From Chrysomallon squamiferum (Eukaryota > Animalia > Mollusca), in NCBI GenBank assembly GCA_012295275.1, contig CM022673.1, positions 11,098,001 to 11,162,000 of the forward strand: a stretch of DNA of 64,000 bases. Reading direction: 5' to 3'. Of the stretch, positions 30,178 to 47,991 are shown one piece after another. Below the pieces are notes generated by a model. That model did no database searches, had not been told where the DNA came from, and was given only the letters and a program-made list of their open reading frames with translations. Made by a program: the position numbers and the translations under genes. How positions within the stretch are numbered: position 1 is the stretch's first letter; each line of letters opens with the position of its first letter.

Positions 30178-30271
30178 GGTGATACCTGATCATTACAGTA
30201 ATAAAATAAATTCTAAAGTAAATATAATTCTAAATGTATATAATAATAACAGTACCAATAATAATAATAAT

Positions 30272-30357
<86 letters not shown>

Positions 30358-30584
30358 GAAGAAGAACTCGAACATGAAAAACAAAATGAAATGTAAAAGT
30401 AAAGACTTTAATAAGTAATAATATTATTTTATAACGTTAACGAATATACACGTGCAGGTGTATTTGCACATATATTCAAACATGCACACATTTATAAATA
30501 TACAGAGACAAAACTATGCAGACAGAAAGACAGATGGATAACAGACAAACATTAAAGTCGACAGACAAGGTTTTAGTCATACAT

Positions 30585-30623
<39 letters not shown>

Positions 30624-31616
30624 TCTGCATATATATATTTTTATATATAGATATAGATATTTAAGACATTTATCTGATTCTGCAATATATAGATATATAT
30701 ATAGGGTGTGCTAGACGTCTAGCCCCATAGGACATGTAATTATTAAGTCTTTAACTGTTGAGTTATATCTGAAAATGGTTTTCATTTTAAAAAGTAATAA
30801 GAAATAAACTGCCGTTATTTAGGAACTAATTTATTTTGATGTATAGCAACAACGAAATCAATATGCGTCCGTCTACTCCTGTCGAGAGCCATTGAGCTGA
30901 CACATAAAACAGCTAACTTGATGTAATTTGTGTTTTGCAGAATCAGATAAATGTCTTACAGCTCAACATAATCTGTACACACACACACACACGCGCGCGC
31001 GCTTAGGCACTGTGATTAATAGAGTAAAACAGACGCAGAAAAAATGTGGTTGTACGATGGAAAAAAAAAAAATTGTTTATAATTTCAAGAATTCTTTTCG
31101 GATTTATTTTTAAAGCAACTAAGAAATGTTACTGATTTTTTCCTGTTAAAATATAGCATTACGATTATCACAATTTAAGAAGAGAAAATGCTTGAGTAAA
31201 GCCTTAAAAATAACTTGTGGTCTGACATTAAAATAATATTTTGCAACATAAATCCAGAAATCGTATTTTTAGCAGTTACAGCTATATTTTAAATCATTTT
31301 CAAATCATTATAATTTGAAAAATAAATTAAAAAAAAGGTTGTGTTTATGCTGAAACCATAATATTAAAATTTCAGCATTTTAGATGTTTAGAGTATTGAT
31401 ACATTTTCATAGCACCTGTTACTTTTTGGCGAGTTACATCGATACTTCGTCTTCTTTGCACAATCCTTGCTTATAAAAGAAAATTTTGATAATTTTAATA
31501 TGGTTATTAATTATTAACAGTAATGTTAATTTTTAAAAATAATTAAATAAATAATTACCTAATAATTTTATAATTATTTTGATTAATATTTTATAAACAT
31601 TGACGTCCTCGTTTCA

Positions 31617-31648
31617 GTGACATCATGCTGGTTCCGATTGCGTCACGA
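31617..31648 (-). promoter_or_regulatory. paralog-conserved bZIP-like element upstream of sulfotransferase copy B
   Basis: Reverse complement reads TCGTGACGCAATCGG-N7-ATGATGTCAC, matching 20036-20067. Confidence 0.5.
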
Positions 31649-32408
31649 ATGTGTCATTTTTATTTTCTGATTTTATTACTTTGTGAACAATTCTTTTTTT
31701 CTATTAAATTTTCAAACATTGATAACATAATAAACTTTAATAAAATTGCCAAACGTATATGTTTTAAAAAATGAACTTAATCATTTTAAAATTGATAATT
31801 AACAAAAATTAAAAAAAAAGAAAATCACTTTTCCGAGTATAAAATAAAAAAAAAAGAAAATTAAATTAAATTAAAACAATATGGTTATCTGATTCATTAC
31901 ATATAGCATTTCTTCTTTTCATACACTGACGTTATAAAGCGTAGTTACGTTTGAAATCAAGACACCTAAACCATCAAGCAGACGTGATATTAACACAAAA
32001 CACTAGCCTTCATCTACGTTTATTTGTGTGCATAGATCATTGCATAAATCTTATTTTGTATAATAATGACAGCCGTGTAATAAAACTGTTGTTTAGTAAT
32101 GTTCAGATAAATACATACGTACGTACGTTTATCCATCCGTCCATCAAACAGTCGTCCATACATACACATGACTGTTGGTTCAAGATCGACATAAATAGAA
32201 ACTTACGTACATACATACCTACATGCATACATACATACGTACGTGGGGTCAAATTTAATCAATCTTACATTTATTTATTTATATTATATTTTTATATTTT
32301 TTTTTCAAATGTATTTATTTATTTAACTTTTTATATTTATTTATTTTTTTGTTTTATGTTTTATTTTATTTTACTTTATTTTATTTTATTTTTTTATTTT
32401 TTATTTAT

Positions 32409-32439
<31 letters not shown>

Positions 32440-32847
32440 ACTTCGATTCCTGGTAACTGAAACTGACGGAGATGGTTGGAACATTCAGTGTTTAGTTTTC
32501 GTATCATTCAAGGATCGTGGTTATATCCATCGTTAGCAGTAAGAAAAATGTTATAAACTAATAATAGTTACAGGGACAATAACTTTATTTTACTATTATT
32601 ATTATTATTGTGCTACAATAATGCTGAATGATGATAACGGCAACGATGACGATGATGATGTTGACGATAACCATTATGATAGATGACGACGACAATGATA
32701 ATGATGATGATGATGATGATAATAATAATAATGAAAAGTCCAAAGAACATAAAACAAAATTAACAAGATAACTGTCACTATATTTTTATGCAGAAAATAA
32801 AAAATATAAAACAGATAAAACATTAATTGCTCTTTTAAAATCCATTA

Positions 32848-32882
<35 letters not shown>

Positions 32883-33204
32883 ATTGAATAATTTTGATGT
32901 CAAAAAATGTCAAAAATATCTGTTCCACTTCTCGAAATGTGGACATTTTAGATTTTCCTTTCCGATTTATTATTGCTTTCCTTTATCAATATTAGTTTGG
33001 GCTTTATTAGTTATCACATTTTTTAAATAAATAAATAAATAAATAAGTAAAATATTTCACAGTAGAACCGCGTGTGCTTTGATGACTGAAAAAAATATAC
33101 TCGAAGCTCAGTGTTAGAATGGGAAATAACTGAAATTATATTTCTTTAACGTGCAAGAGATGCGCAGACGTCAATAATGTTCGGGGGAAAAAAAAGAACT
33201 AATT

Positions 33205-36434
<3,230 letters not shown>

Positions 36435-36562
36435 GGTTGGCTTGTCGTTTTTGAAACACGAGATCCTTTAATTTACCACAAGGCGGTCGTTTAAGGATTC
36501 CTGAAAATAATGGTCACAAAGCGAGAAAGCTTTTTGGTATATACTATCACAATATTTTCTCT

Positions 36563-36576
36563 GTTTCCATGACAAC
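36563..36576 (-). promoter_or_regulatory. RFX X-box in the alpha-tubulin promoter
   Basis: GTTTCCATGACAAC (reverse complement GTTGTCATGGAAAC), a 14-nt near-palindromic X-box ~130 nt upstream of the ATG. Confidence 0.65.
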
Positions 36577-37344
36577 CTGTCGCTTGTTATGACAGGTCGC
36601 CGGGTTGTTTTTGTCTTTCTTCTGTATCGTCTGCCTGAACTTCAAACTCAGTCTCGTGTGTATATTGATCATTCCGAGTGTCACGCTTCACGACAGAGCA
36701 AAATAAAAAATTAAAAAGCAACTTGAATATTTTAGCATATTTATTCAAAAAGATCGTGCGCGTTGCATGGACGGAATTGCGACACATCGATCGCATCCCT
36801 CCCATTTCCGTCTCATTTTTTTGTTTTTAATTCATTTGGTTATTTTATAAAAGCAGTCATTATAAATAATCATACTGTTTCCAACTTTAAATTAAAAAAA
36901 AAAATTAATGGATCCTCCCTTGAAATATGCTCGATGACATCGATTTGCAAGCCATCATCATAACTTTTATTTATAGCTCATGCGATAAAGCAAACATAAT
37001 AAAATAAAAAAGATACTTGTCGACTGTCTTCTGGATGACGTTGACAAAACACCATTGATGGAAATTCAGTTTGAACTTCATGAGATGGAAGAAAAACAAT
37101 GTTAAAAGTACTTGTTGGTACAGTATGCACGAAGACGTCAATAAAAGACCACCAGCTATTATTATTTTAAATGCAAATGATGTAACTAACGTGGACATTT
37201 CAAATTATGACTGTTGTTCTCCGCCAAGATCTTTTTCTTTTTTTTTTCATTTTTTTTTTCTCAGTTTTATCAGTCTTTTTATCATTTTTAATTGATTTAC
37301 TGTTTTTATTTGAACTTTTCGTGTTTCTGTACATACTTCTTGTT

Positions 37345-37375
<31 letters not shown>

Positions 37376-38218
37376 TATTTTTCATGTCTTTTCTTTCCTT
37401 GTGTTTTTTTTTCTCAGTTTTTGACAACAACAAAAAAATAAATAAAATAAAATAAAAGCCGATTTTTATTTCATTTAAAGATTTTTTAAAAAGATGTTTT
37501 AAAACTACAAATTTATCATCACATTATCTTTCTATCCACTTCACGTTCAAAACATACTTTTTAAAATTATTTAAATTAATTTTCAAGCTGTTAGCGTTAT
37601 AATTTTATATTCAGCCTCCAAATTCTTCGTTGAAACTGTGTTTAATAAACTGGTGTGTTTTTCAGAATAAAATAAAGAGACAAGAATACGAATCGTTTAT
37701 TAAAGTACCAATTCATTACAGCAGAAAAAAACAAATACTACTACTACTACAACTACTACTACTACTAATAATAATAATAATAAAAAGTACATACCAAACA
37801 ACTAATATAAATAACACTGACGTGAGTCACTCTGTTTTAAAAGTGTCAGTTTAAATTAATTGATTTACGATATCAAAGACGTTATCGTAACATGTAGATC
37901 GCTGGATCGATTCTCCTATGTGTATCTATGTCACTACACATAAAGGACTACGTCTTTGGGAAGATGCACAGAAAGCAGATATTTGGATGTTTGTATGTAC
38001 GTGATTTTGACTTTCGACTGGTAACATGGAGAGTTGCCTAATCTTGGGACGGAGCTGGATACCAATAGTTATATATATACACACACACACATACACATTA
38101 TATTTGTGCTTGTGTTTGTATTTATATATATATGTATGTATGTATGCATGCATGCATTTCTCTGTGTGTGTGCGTGTGCATATGTATATGTGTTTGTACG
38201 TATCTATGTATTTGTGTG

Positions 38219-38392
<174 letters not shown>

Positions 38393-38847
38393 TGGTGTGT
38401 GGTGACTTTAAAATACATATAACTCTTGTAAAAAATACTGATAGTTAATGTAAAAAACATCCGGTATTAACGCTAATTCATGCATTACATTATTTCCAGG
38501 GCTGGCGTATAACAGATATAAAGAAATACCAGTATTTGATATTAATTCTGTATATTAAATATATTAATGCATATACTAAATATTATTAGATATTAAAACA
38601 GTATAATGTTAATTTTGAAGTTTCCATTAATTTGGAAATTTATACCAATCCTGACGTCATTAAATCTTCACTGATTGTAAGCACTGGTGGTTAAGTGAAA
38701 ATCGTATAAAATTTATAAATATATGTATATAATTATAACCTAATTATAATAAACTAGCTAATATTCCAAATAACGGTACATATAAGTTAGAGTTTTGACA
38801 GTCGAACATACAATTACTTTAATTTAACATGAAACATGTTTACATTT

Positions 38848-38934
<87 letters not shown>

Positions 38935-39441
38935 AGGGAATCTGAAAGATACAGTCAAAGACAGATATCTGATTTTAACAATAACAATAAAACAACAACA
39001 AAAAATAACTTATACCAAAATATAACAGTATTTGTATTTAAATAATTTATATTTATATGGTCCAGATGAAGAAAGCAGAGCTTATGAAGTTACGCATCAA
39101 GGCAGCTGGTTGTTCTGTTTCTGCGTGTTTCTACAGCAAACCCACGAGCTGCTATTAAAATTAAATATTTACTAATAACAGACACTAACAGCCAGCTAGT
39201 CTTCCAGTGTCTATCCCATTGTTCCATCACCATGGAACGGGGGTGTTGTGTTTTGTGTCGATCCTTCTGAGCTATGTATACGTTACGCCACAGTGCAAGC
39301 GGAATACAAAATACATAGACAATATTAAACGTATTTCTCTGAAACAGTGACATTTTTTTTTTTTTTTTTTTTTTGTGGTTTTTCACAGTAAAAGATATCA
39401 TGTTTAACCATGTGTGTTGCTATCAATCCACAGTCATAATT

Positions 39442-39472
<31 letters not shown>

Positions 39473-39642
39473 TGTCACTGGAAATGAAATGGTGTTGACA
39501 ATGAAAAAAAAATCAGAGATCTGTGGATCGTATAGTTGTTCCAATGATAAAGCTTTTTTTCATTTATTATAAAGTGCGTATGTTTTGTGTACATAATGGT
39601 GTTTTATAAACTCGTAAATAAAAAACAAAACAAAAAAAGCTG

Positions 39643-39673
<31 letters not shown>

Positions 39674-39681
39674 AAAAAAAA

Positions 39682-39720
<39 letters not shown>

Positions 39721-42236
39721 AATAAATAAATAAGAAAAAAAAAAAAAAAAAAAAAATATGATAAAAGTCAAATACACCACAAAGAGTTAACTGGTTCTTT
39801 AAGAAAGTAACTAGAAGAGTTCATGTAAGCCAAAGCACTCGTTAGTTTCTGCGCTTTCCGCTAACATGACATGTTTGGCTTTAGCGGTTTGTTTGTTGTT
39901 ATTTGTTTGTTTGTTTGTTTCGTACTGAAAAAACACTAGCTTACTCTTTCCACAACTGCTGAATAGTCCTGGGTCTGCCCCTGGGAAAACAAGAATGTTA
40001 AATATTAATGATGTAAGTTGTAAACAAAACCAGCGAGATGCGACAAAAAACATTTCTTTTACGACCTCGGTGAAATACAAGAGAAAATTGTTAATGAAGA
40101 CACTCGGCTGAATTCGTAAATTATCGACATTGTTCGGCTGTTCACGCTTACTGTTTTCCTTTTGGGGAAAGACAAAAAGGATTATTTATCGAGGCATTTT
40201 AATAGTTGAATATCGTGTTTCTGAAAAATATGAATTTATATGGGCATCTGTTATTTGTACATAGATAGATACAAACATACAGCAGACGTACATAAGACAG
40301 AGAATATTCAAAATCCTAAATTACATACATACATAGACATACGATCGTACGCGTACTCGTGTTATTTTGTCGTATGCTTGTATATATGTTTACATAATTG
40401 TATAAATACAAACATATTTTTACACACGTTTATATGCAAAAATATAATTTGTACACGCGTTTGTGTGTGTGTGTGTGCGCGTGCGTGTGTGTTTGTGTGA
40501 TGATTCTGTCTTCTGGCGAAACGGTGGCTTGCATAAAAGACAAGCGAGAATTTATGCAACCCGTTGAAGGAAGGGAGATCATTCTAAACATCAGTGACTG
40601 TTTGAACAGCGATTATCTGCACAAGAGACTGAAGCCCAGTTTTCCTGGACACTGTACCTAGAAGTGTTGATTGTATCTTCAAATTCAACTTGACCTGGTT
40701 CATTGTTAATGATAAAAAATAAAATTTTAAAAAAATGTGACAATAAAATAACAAAAATGGTGAGTTTTGGAGACTGCCATTTTGATTTGTTTTACAGATC
40801 AATAGTACAAACAAGCAAACATCAACAACAAAAATAAGTAAATGAAGTAATAAATGAGACAAAATAAAATCTAAAAAAACTAATAAGATATAATAAAACA
40901 AATATATATATAAATAAAATAAAATAAGAAAGAAAAAAAAAAAAACATCCCTCCAAAAAAAAAAAACACTAACAAAAAAACAACAAACAAAAAAAAAAAA
41001 AAAACAAAAAAAAAAAAAAAAAAAAAACAAAAAAACAACCTGATAAAACGTAATTTAGAAATATGGATAATACGGTCAGACTATTCTTCATAATCATCAA
41101 AGATACAGATTGAAATAGATTCAAAACAGATTTCACTCAACCACAAATACATCTACATGCAGACGTAATGTTAACAATAAAATCCAGAACATCAGCAAAT
41201 ATAGCAACAGCAACAACAGCAGAATCTGTGTCTGTAAGTATGTCTGTTTGTGTGTCTAAGTTATTTTATGTCTGTGCACTTCTTTTGATCTGTATCAGCA
41301 TTTTAATCCCATTTGATAAAAACCCACTTACAAATGCAATTCATCTGTTGGGAAAAATTTTGATGACCTACCAGAGGACTGGATTTAACGCTTTTCATTG
41401 TTTTCATTGGGAACATAGAGAACAATGAATCAAACCTTTTTTTTTCTGTTACTCAACGACAAGTTGCCAAGTTTTGTGAGTTGGCAGTAGGAGAAAAATA
41501 AGGTAGGAGATTTGTCTTAAGACGATTATAAACATCAGGCTGCTGAATATAATCGTGGCTGTGGTAGAAGTAGTATTGTAGTAATAGTAGTTTTCGTAGC
41601 CGTAGTTGCTTATTCATTTTTTATTTTTTATTTTTATTAAAAAACTCTGCTTTCATTATTTCATCTTCTACTACTTTTACTACTAGTACTACTGATAATA
41701 TTACTGTTACTACCTTTGCCACTATTAATGCTACCATTGCTACTATTACAACTACGACTACTACTACCAGCAATATCGGTGTTGCTGCTATTATATCTAC
41801 AGCTACTGTTACTATTAGTTCCGTTTTAATTTAGTATTAATATTACTATTGCTGCTGCTGCTGTTGCTGTTTTTATTGTTGTTGTTGCTGTTATTATTAG
41901 TAATAGTAGTAGTAATAATGGTAATAGTAGTACTAGTGCTAACTGTAGTAGTAGGCGTAATCGTAGGGGTGGAAGTAGTTACAGTACTTGTATAAATATC
42001 ATTTCCACCAACATATTAGTATCATTATTTTCATCATCATTATTTAGTCTGTTAGGTTAACGTTCATCTTCTAAAAGTAATTACACTTTGTTATGTTATT
42101 GTTACAGAATTTATTATTAGCAAAGTTTGATTAAAAACAACGCAAATAAAGACACATATTTAACCCATTAACCTACAAATATACTCTTAAATATAAAGTT
42201 AAAATATTCTATGAATAGCCAAACATGTCTGTGAAA

Positions 42237-42276
<40 letters not shown>

Positions 42277-42385
42277 TTTTCATGTGTAATATCAGTAATT
42301 ATTGAATTTTTCTTTTTTTTCATTTTTTTCTTTATTTTTTTTTTTTATTTATTTTTTTTTTTCAGGACTGCAGTTTTGATTACCA

Positions 42386-43510
42386 ATGTGTAAATATTTC
42401 ATCGCATTCAGTCACCAAAGACTGCAAACATTTGTTGCTGTTTTGTCGGCAGCGAGTATCGTTACGATTTTTCTCTTTCAAGAAAAATGGTTAATCTATC
42501 ATTACAAGAAAGATGCAAGACAGTTTACTGTGTTAGAGAACAACACGAACAGTACAGTCTTCCGACCATTTGATGCACAAACAATATCGGAAACAATCGG
42601 AAATCATCGGAAATTTATTTCCGGCGGCAGTCATTTCAAATCTTCGGTTCTGGATAAGAAAAATAACACAGGATGTTTTGACGGAAAATACAAAAACATT
42701 TTACTAACGTTGTTTACCACTTGGCCCGAGAACGAAAAGAAAAAGTCTGTTATTAATATAACTTGTTTCAACTGGGCGGCCATGATACCTCACGTACAGC
42801 CGGTTTTGTTTACCGACAACTTCATGGCAGCCGACATTTGTTCAAAACGAGGCTGGAAACGATTACCTGTTGGGAAAACCGCAGCGGGCGGAACGCCTGT
42901 ACTGAAGCACATGTTTCTGCGAGTACGAAAGAAATTTAATTCAGTATTTTACGGATTCGCAAACGGTGATATTCTGTTTGTCGAAAATCTTTTGACGACA
43001 CTGTCGGCCATCTTTTTGATGTCCAAGACTACGGATTTGAATCACATTTTACTCACAGGCAGAAGGACTAACGTTGTTAATGTCACATTCTCAGAAGCTA
43101 GAACTTTCGAAAATCTAACCGCGGTTGCTAAGCAACGAGGTAAACTGTTCATTCCAATGTCTGCCGACTACTTCATAACGGACAATGAATATCCATGGGG
43201 CGTAATACCGGATATCGTCATCGGTAGGCGAGGCTATGATAACTGGCTAGTTCTGAATGCATTGCGTCATCACCATTACGCGATTGACGTTACAAAGACC
43301 GTTCTGGCAGTGCACCAGACGACTAAGGCCGGTAATCGAGAGGGATTTTCTAGGAAACATTCTCTGTACAATATTAATCTTCTTTCGCGTCTGTACAACA
43401 AAGTGCCATATGATGCCGGGTCGACTACATGTACGAAGCAGTTCACCACGCTTTCAGATAACGGTGAAGTAATTGTTAAACAAAGGACAAAATTTCCTAC
43501 ATACTGTTAA
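42386..43510 (+). CDS. uncharacterised type II membrane protein, putative GT-A glycosyltransferase-like, 374 aa
   Basis: Long non-repetitive ORF just after a strong acceptor (poly-T..ttcag, ending 42365). It has an N-terminal hydrophobic anchor (TFVAVLSAASIVTIFLF), a stem with N-X-T sites, then LLTLFTTW, GTPVLKHMF, FYGFANGDILF (DxD-like), GRRTNV, GRRGYDNWL and DVTKTVLAVHQ. Coding status is well supported; the function is inferred. Confidence 0.85.
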   Translation: MCKYFIAFSHQRLQTFVAVLSAASIVTIFLFQEKWLIYHYKKDARQFTVLENNTNSTVFRPFDAQTISETIGNHRKFISGGSHFKSSVLDKKNNTGCFDGKYKNILLTLFTTWPENEKKKSVINITCFNWAAMIPHVQPVLFTDNFMAADICSKRGWKRLPVGKTAAGGTPVLKHMFLRVRKKFNSVFYGFANGDILFVENLLTTLSAIFLMSKTTDLNHILLTGRRTNVVNVTFSEARTFENLTAVAKQRGKLFIPMSADYFITDNEYPWGVIPDIVIGRRGYDNWLVLNALRHHHYAIDVTKTVLAVHQTTKAGNREGFSRKHSLYNINLLSRLYNKVPYDAGSTTCTKQFTTLSDNGEVIVKQRTKFPTYC

Positions 43511-44089
43511 AAATCAGTCAGTGGAAAGAATAATTCTGTATTTTAATGTGGCTATAAGCAAAACTACAACTACTATAACTGCTGCTACTATTACTCCAAC
43601 TACTGCTGCTACGACTATTACTACTGTGCTACAACAGCTAATACTGCGACTTGTATTATGTTACTACTGCTGTATTCAACTACTTGAGCTATAAATGTAA
43701 AGTCGAAAGTTGACGTATTTCTATAAAGATAAGTAACTCCTGCTTTATACATTCCAAACTGTAACATGCGGTTATTTCCCTTCATGAAATTTGTAAGGTT
43801 AAAAAAATATTAAGTTTGCGACACACAGTACGTACAGCTGCAAATAAGCACACGCATATGCACATGCACTCATGACCACTGTTTTTTATCTTCACAAAAA
43901 GCTGTGGTGTTCCCTGGGTTGGGAATCCAGAGGCGTGGCGTGAGAAGGGGGACTGATTACCGGAGCAGTAGGTGTTACGGTTATTCGTCGCGCAGTTGTC
44001 TAGCGGTAAGGTTCGAACCGCGTGGACAAATAAAAGAATAAAAGAACTGAGGTTTTATTTTTTATTTATTTATTTTTTAGTTTATTTAT

Positions 44090-44163
44090 TTTATGATTAT
44101 GATTATGATTATGAATATGAATATGAATATGAATATGATTATGATTATGATTATGATTATGAA

Positions 44164-44238
<75 letters not shown>

Positions 44239-44240
44239 GG
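44090..44240. repeat. (TATGAT/TATGAA)n plus (TAT)n microsatellite
   Basis: Directly visible. Confidence 0.9.
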
Positions 44241-44311
44241 AAGAACTGTGGAACGATTCCAGATGAAAGGTCGCTGTCCTCTGAACGCTCTATAAGAGTA
44301 ACTACTTACAT

Positions 44312-44705
44312 TTATATATGTATTTGTATATGTTTTTGTATATGTATTTGTATATGTATTTGTATATATATTTGTTATTGTATTTGTATCTGTTTTGTAT
44401 ATTGTATTTGTATATGTATTTGTATATGTATTTGCTATGACATATGTATTTGTATATTTTTGTATATGTTTTATATATGCTTTGGTATATGTGTTTGTAT
44501 ATTGCGCTTGTATATGTAAATATATGTTTTGTATATGTATTTGTATGTGTTTTGTATATGTATTTGTATATGTATTTGTATATTGTATTTGTATATTGTA
44601 TTTGTATATTGTATTTGTATATGTATTTGTATATGTATTTGTATATGTATTTGTATATTGTATTTGTATATGTTTTTGTATATGTATTTGTATATGTATT
44701 TGTAT
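44312..44705. repeat. 12-nt minisatellite (TGTATATGTATT)n
   Basis: About 30 imperfect copies. Confidence 0.92.
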
Positions 44706-45205
44706 CCCTATTTGTTATTCTGTTTGTATAACCTTACCAACTCGGATGAAGAATTAACATTATTCTAGTTCTATATTTAAAATGAATGTTCGGCGCTTAG
44801 CTCTAATATAGTTTTAAAAAACGTCTTATGTTTGTGAAGTTTCTGGTGAAAAAAATGTGCTATATATATACATATGTAGATATAGATGTAGATATAGATA
44901 TACCTACATAGATCCTATATCGGATCCCTCTAGAACAAAGAGAACTCGGATAGTAACCTGACTGTATGAATATTTAAAATATTCATGTATTGTTACGTTA
45001 TGATTTACAACGTACGTTATGAAGTTTAACTGCCAAACTGTCTTTCCACCAATAAAATCCATTCAACAGATAAACTAATCCATCAGCGCCTACGCTGAGT
45101 AAGAAAACTTTTTAAGCACTGTAGATATTTCAGCCAAAAAGTATTTAGCGATACAAGAAATAATATAACCACATTTGCCAAATCATATATGTATGTATAT
45201 ATATA

Positions 45206-45801
45206 CAGTGGTACCTTGACGTACAATTGTCCCAAATTATGAGTTTTCCAAGTTGTTTTGTTGTGTTCGCGTTTTGTGCACTATTTTGTTAAAAATTTCT
45301 TTTTCTGGCCATGGATCCTTAGAAAGTGCACTTAAAAGACAGTGCGGAGAAGAAAAGCGGATGATGTCAATTGAATTAAAGCTTGAATTCATAGAAAAAC
45401 ATGAGCGAGGTGTGCATGTAGTCGACTTGGCTATACAGTACGAGCGTAGTACTTCTACGTTATTTATCACACTGAAGCTGAAGGAGTCAATAAAGGTTGT
45501 AACTACAGCCAACGTTGTTAAAATAATTTGTCTGACCTCCAAGATAAATACACTTTACAAGCCCAATTTATTTCTTTCCGTTCTCTTTTATTTTGTTTTC
45601 ATACAATATTTGTCATTTATAAATACATTTTTCTTATTTAAAAACACGTTACCAAAAATTTGGGGCAGTTTTGGTGGGGGCTGCAACGGATTAATGGTAT
45701 TTCAAATAAATTCAGTTGTGAAAATAGATTTGATATACGAGCAAATTGAGATACGAGCTGGGTCACGGGACGAATTAAACTCGAAAGTCAAGGTACCACT
45801 G
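45206..45801 (+). mobile_element. internally deleted Tc1/mariner pogo/Tigger-type DNA transposon
   Basis: Perfect 15-nt TIRs (CAGTGGTACCTTGAC 45206-45220 and GTCAAGGTACCACTG 45787-45801) flanked by TA on both sides. The internal remnant KRMMSIELKLEFIEKHERGVHVVDLAIQYERSTSTLFITLKLKESIK resembles the CENP-B/Psq-type HTH of Tigger transposases; no DDE domain. Confidence 0.9.
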
Positions 45802-47364
45802 TATATATAATTGTGTATGTTTGTATATTTAATTAACCTTTCTATAAAATTAGCTACATTTTAAGCTAAAAAAACAAAAAAAAAAAAACAAAAAGAAATT
45901 TTGTATTGTTCCATGCATTAATTACTGTCAGGTTGCCTGTTTAAGCCATCAATCAGTTGAAAAATAAGTGAAATTTCACTTGTTGTCTTACTGCTGGAAG
46001 TAACCGTCTTGGACCCCGGCTGATCTGTTCAGAGATCTACGTTCATGTTTGGTTTTGTGTGTATATGTCTGTATTTGTTAGTGTATGTGACTATGTGTCA
46101 GTGACGTATCTCTCTAACGTCAGTAAGTCTTTCTTACGTCAGTACCTGTGTATATGAATGTGAGTGTATTTATATTCGTCAATATGTATTTATATATATT
46201 TTTTTTAAAAACCCTGAGACGTGTCAATCAACAGACCGCTACGTCAGTATTCGGAGCGATTCAAACAGGTCCGAAGATTTCCGAGTCGATGATTTTATGA
46301 GAGGGGTCTTGGGTTTCTTCCTATAGACTGAGTATATAAGTCTAATTGGTACTTTTTGTGGTTCTAACGAACTCGAAAATGGCCGATCTAAAGAACTGAA
46401 ATGCCAGAATCATAGTTAAACAAGTATACTAGCCAGGACCGTTGCCAGTCGTACAGTACAAATATCTGTCTGAGCTATTCTCCGCCACAGATACTCGGGC
46501 TAATGTGAGTGTATGGACGTTTGTGTGTCTCTTCGTGTATCTGTATTTTATGGGTCCGTTTATGTGTTCTCTCCTGTACTTTTCATGTTTTTTGCATGTT
46601 CGCTTGTGCGTCTGTGAGCGTATTTGTGTTCGTGTATAAATGTGTGTGTGTGTGTGTGTGTGTGTGCGTATGCCTAGTATGTTTATAGTTTTACGCATGT
46701 GTGTTTTTGTTTGTTTAAATGCGTGTATATGCTGATCGTATATATATATATATATATATTTGTGTATCTACATCCAGACGTATATTTGTATATCTACATA
46801 CAGACGTATATTTGTATCTGTGATTTTTATTTTTTATTTTTTTTTTGTTCGCCACTTTTTTGTTTGTGTGTTCATTAGGTATGTGCGTGTCTATTTTATA
46901 AAAGACGCCCCCCTGTCCCTGTTAAATCCTGCATTCGTCCCTGTTTTATAAAAAAAAGTTTTTATTACGATTCCACCCCCCTCCCATCTCCACTTCAACA
47001 AAAGCTAATGAGGAAAGTTCATGTTTGTCTTCGGATTTGTTAATTTTAGTATATTGATCTTTGCGGAAACGATGAGATTCTGCTATCACTTTTATCAGAG
47101 AGAAAATAATCCAATAGAATATAAATATCTCACTGACAATAAGTAAATTAGTTATGACATCTTCAATAGATAAAGTAAAAAAAAAAAAAAAAAAAAAAAA
47201 ATCAAAACAAAATCGAAAAGAAGAAATAACATGAAAAGAAAAAAATGTTTATTCTGTATCGGCTGTTCCCAGAGTTGCAATTTATTTATTTATTTATTTA
47301 CTTATTGTTACTTTTGTTATCATTATTATTATTATTCTTTTATATTTTATTATTATTGTTGTTT

Positions 47365-47438
<74 letters not shown>

Positions 47439-47557
47439 GTTGTTGTTGTTGTTCTTGTTATAATTATCGTTATTGTTATTATTATTATTATTGCCATCAT
47501 AATTAGTAGTATTAGCAGTAGTAGTAGTAGTTGTAGTAATAGTAGTAGTAGTAGTAA

Positions 47558-47589
<32 letters not shown>

Positions 47590-47950
47590 TTTCTTCTTTC
47601 TTTCTTCTTTTTTTCTTTTATCTTTTTATTATTCTTTTCTTCTTTTTTTTTTCTTTTGTTTAAGCCTTATCGGTTTCGACGAAACGATGGTTAGACAATT
47701 AGACATATGTTTTGTACATACTTGTTTCTGTTCCGGTCATTTCCTTTGTTAACCAGAAACCATAACCTTATTTCTGCTGTAAAGTAGCAGTTCACAGAGG
47801 TCACACTGTACACACAGTAAACCAGTGTGTGTGTGGTAGGCGATGTGTCAGAAGCTGTACTAAAATACAGCGTGTGAATGATCACACACGCATCTCTGTT
47901 CTGTCACCTTATAACACAAATACATTTCTTTTTTTTTTGAGTATACACAA

Positions 47951-47991
<41 letters not shown>

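Noticed and set aside
39181-39211. Minus-strand TGGAAGACTAG matching the miR-7 5' end
   Set aside because: Only 11 nt match and there is no pre-miRNA-length hairpin.
40497-40632. C/D snoRNA-like GTGATGA..CTGA with an internal 9-bp hairpin
   Set aside because: No terminal stem or recognisable rRNA antisense element; the C box arises at the edge of a GT repeat.
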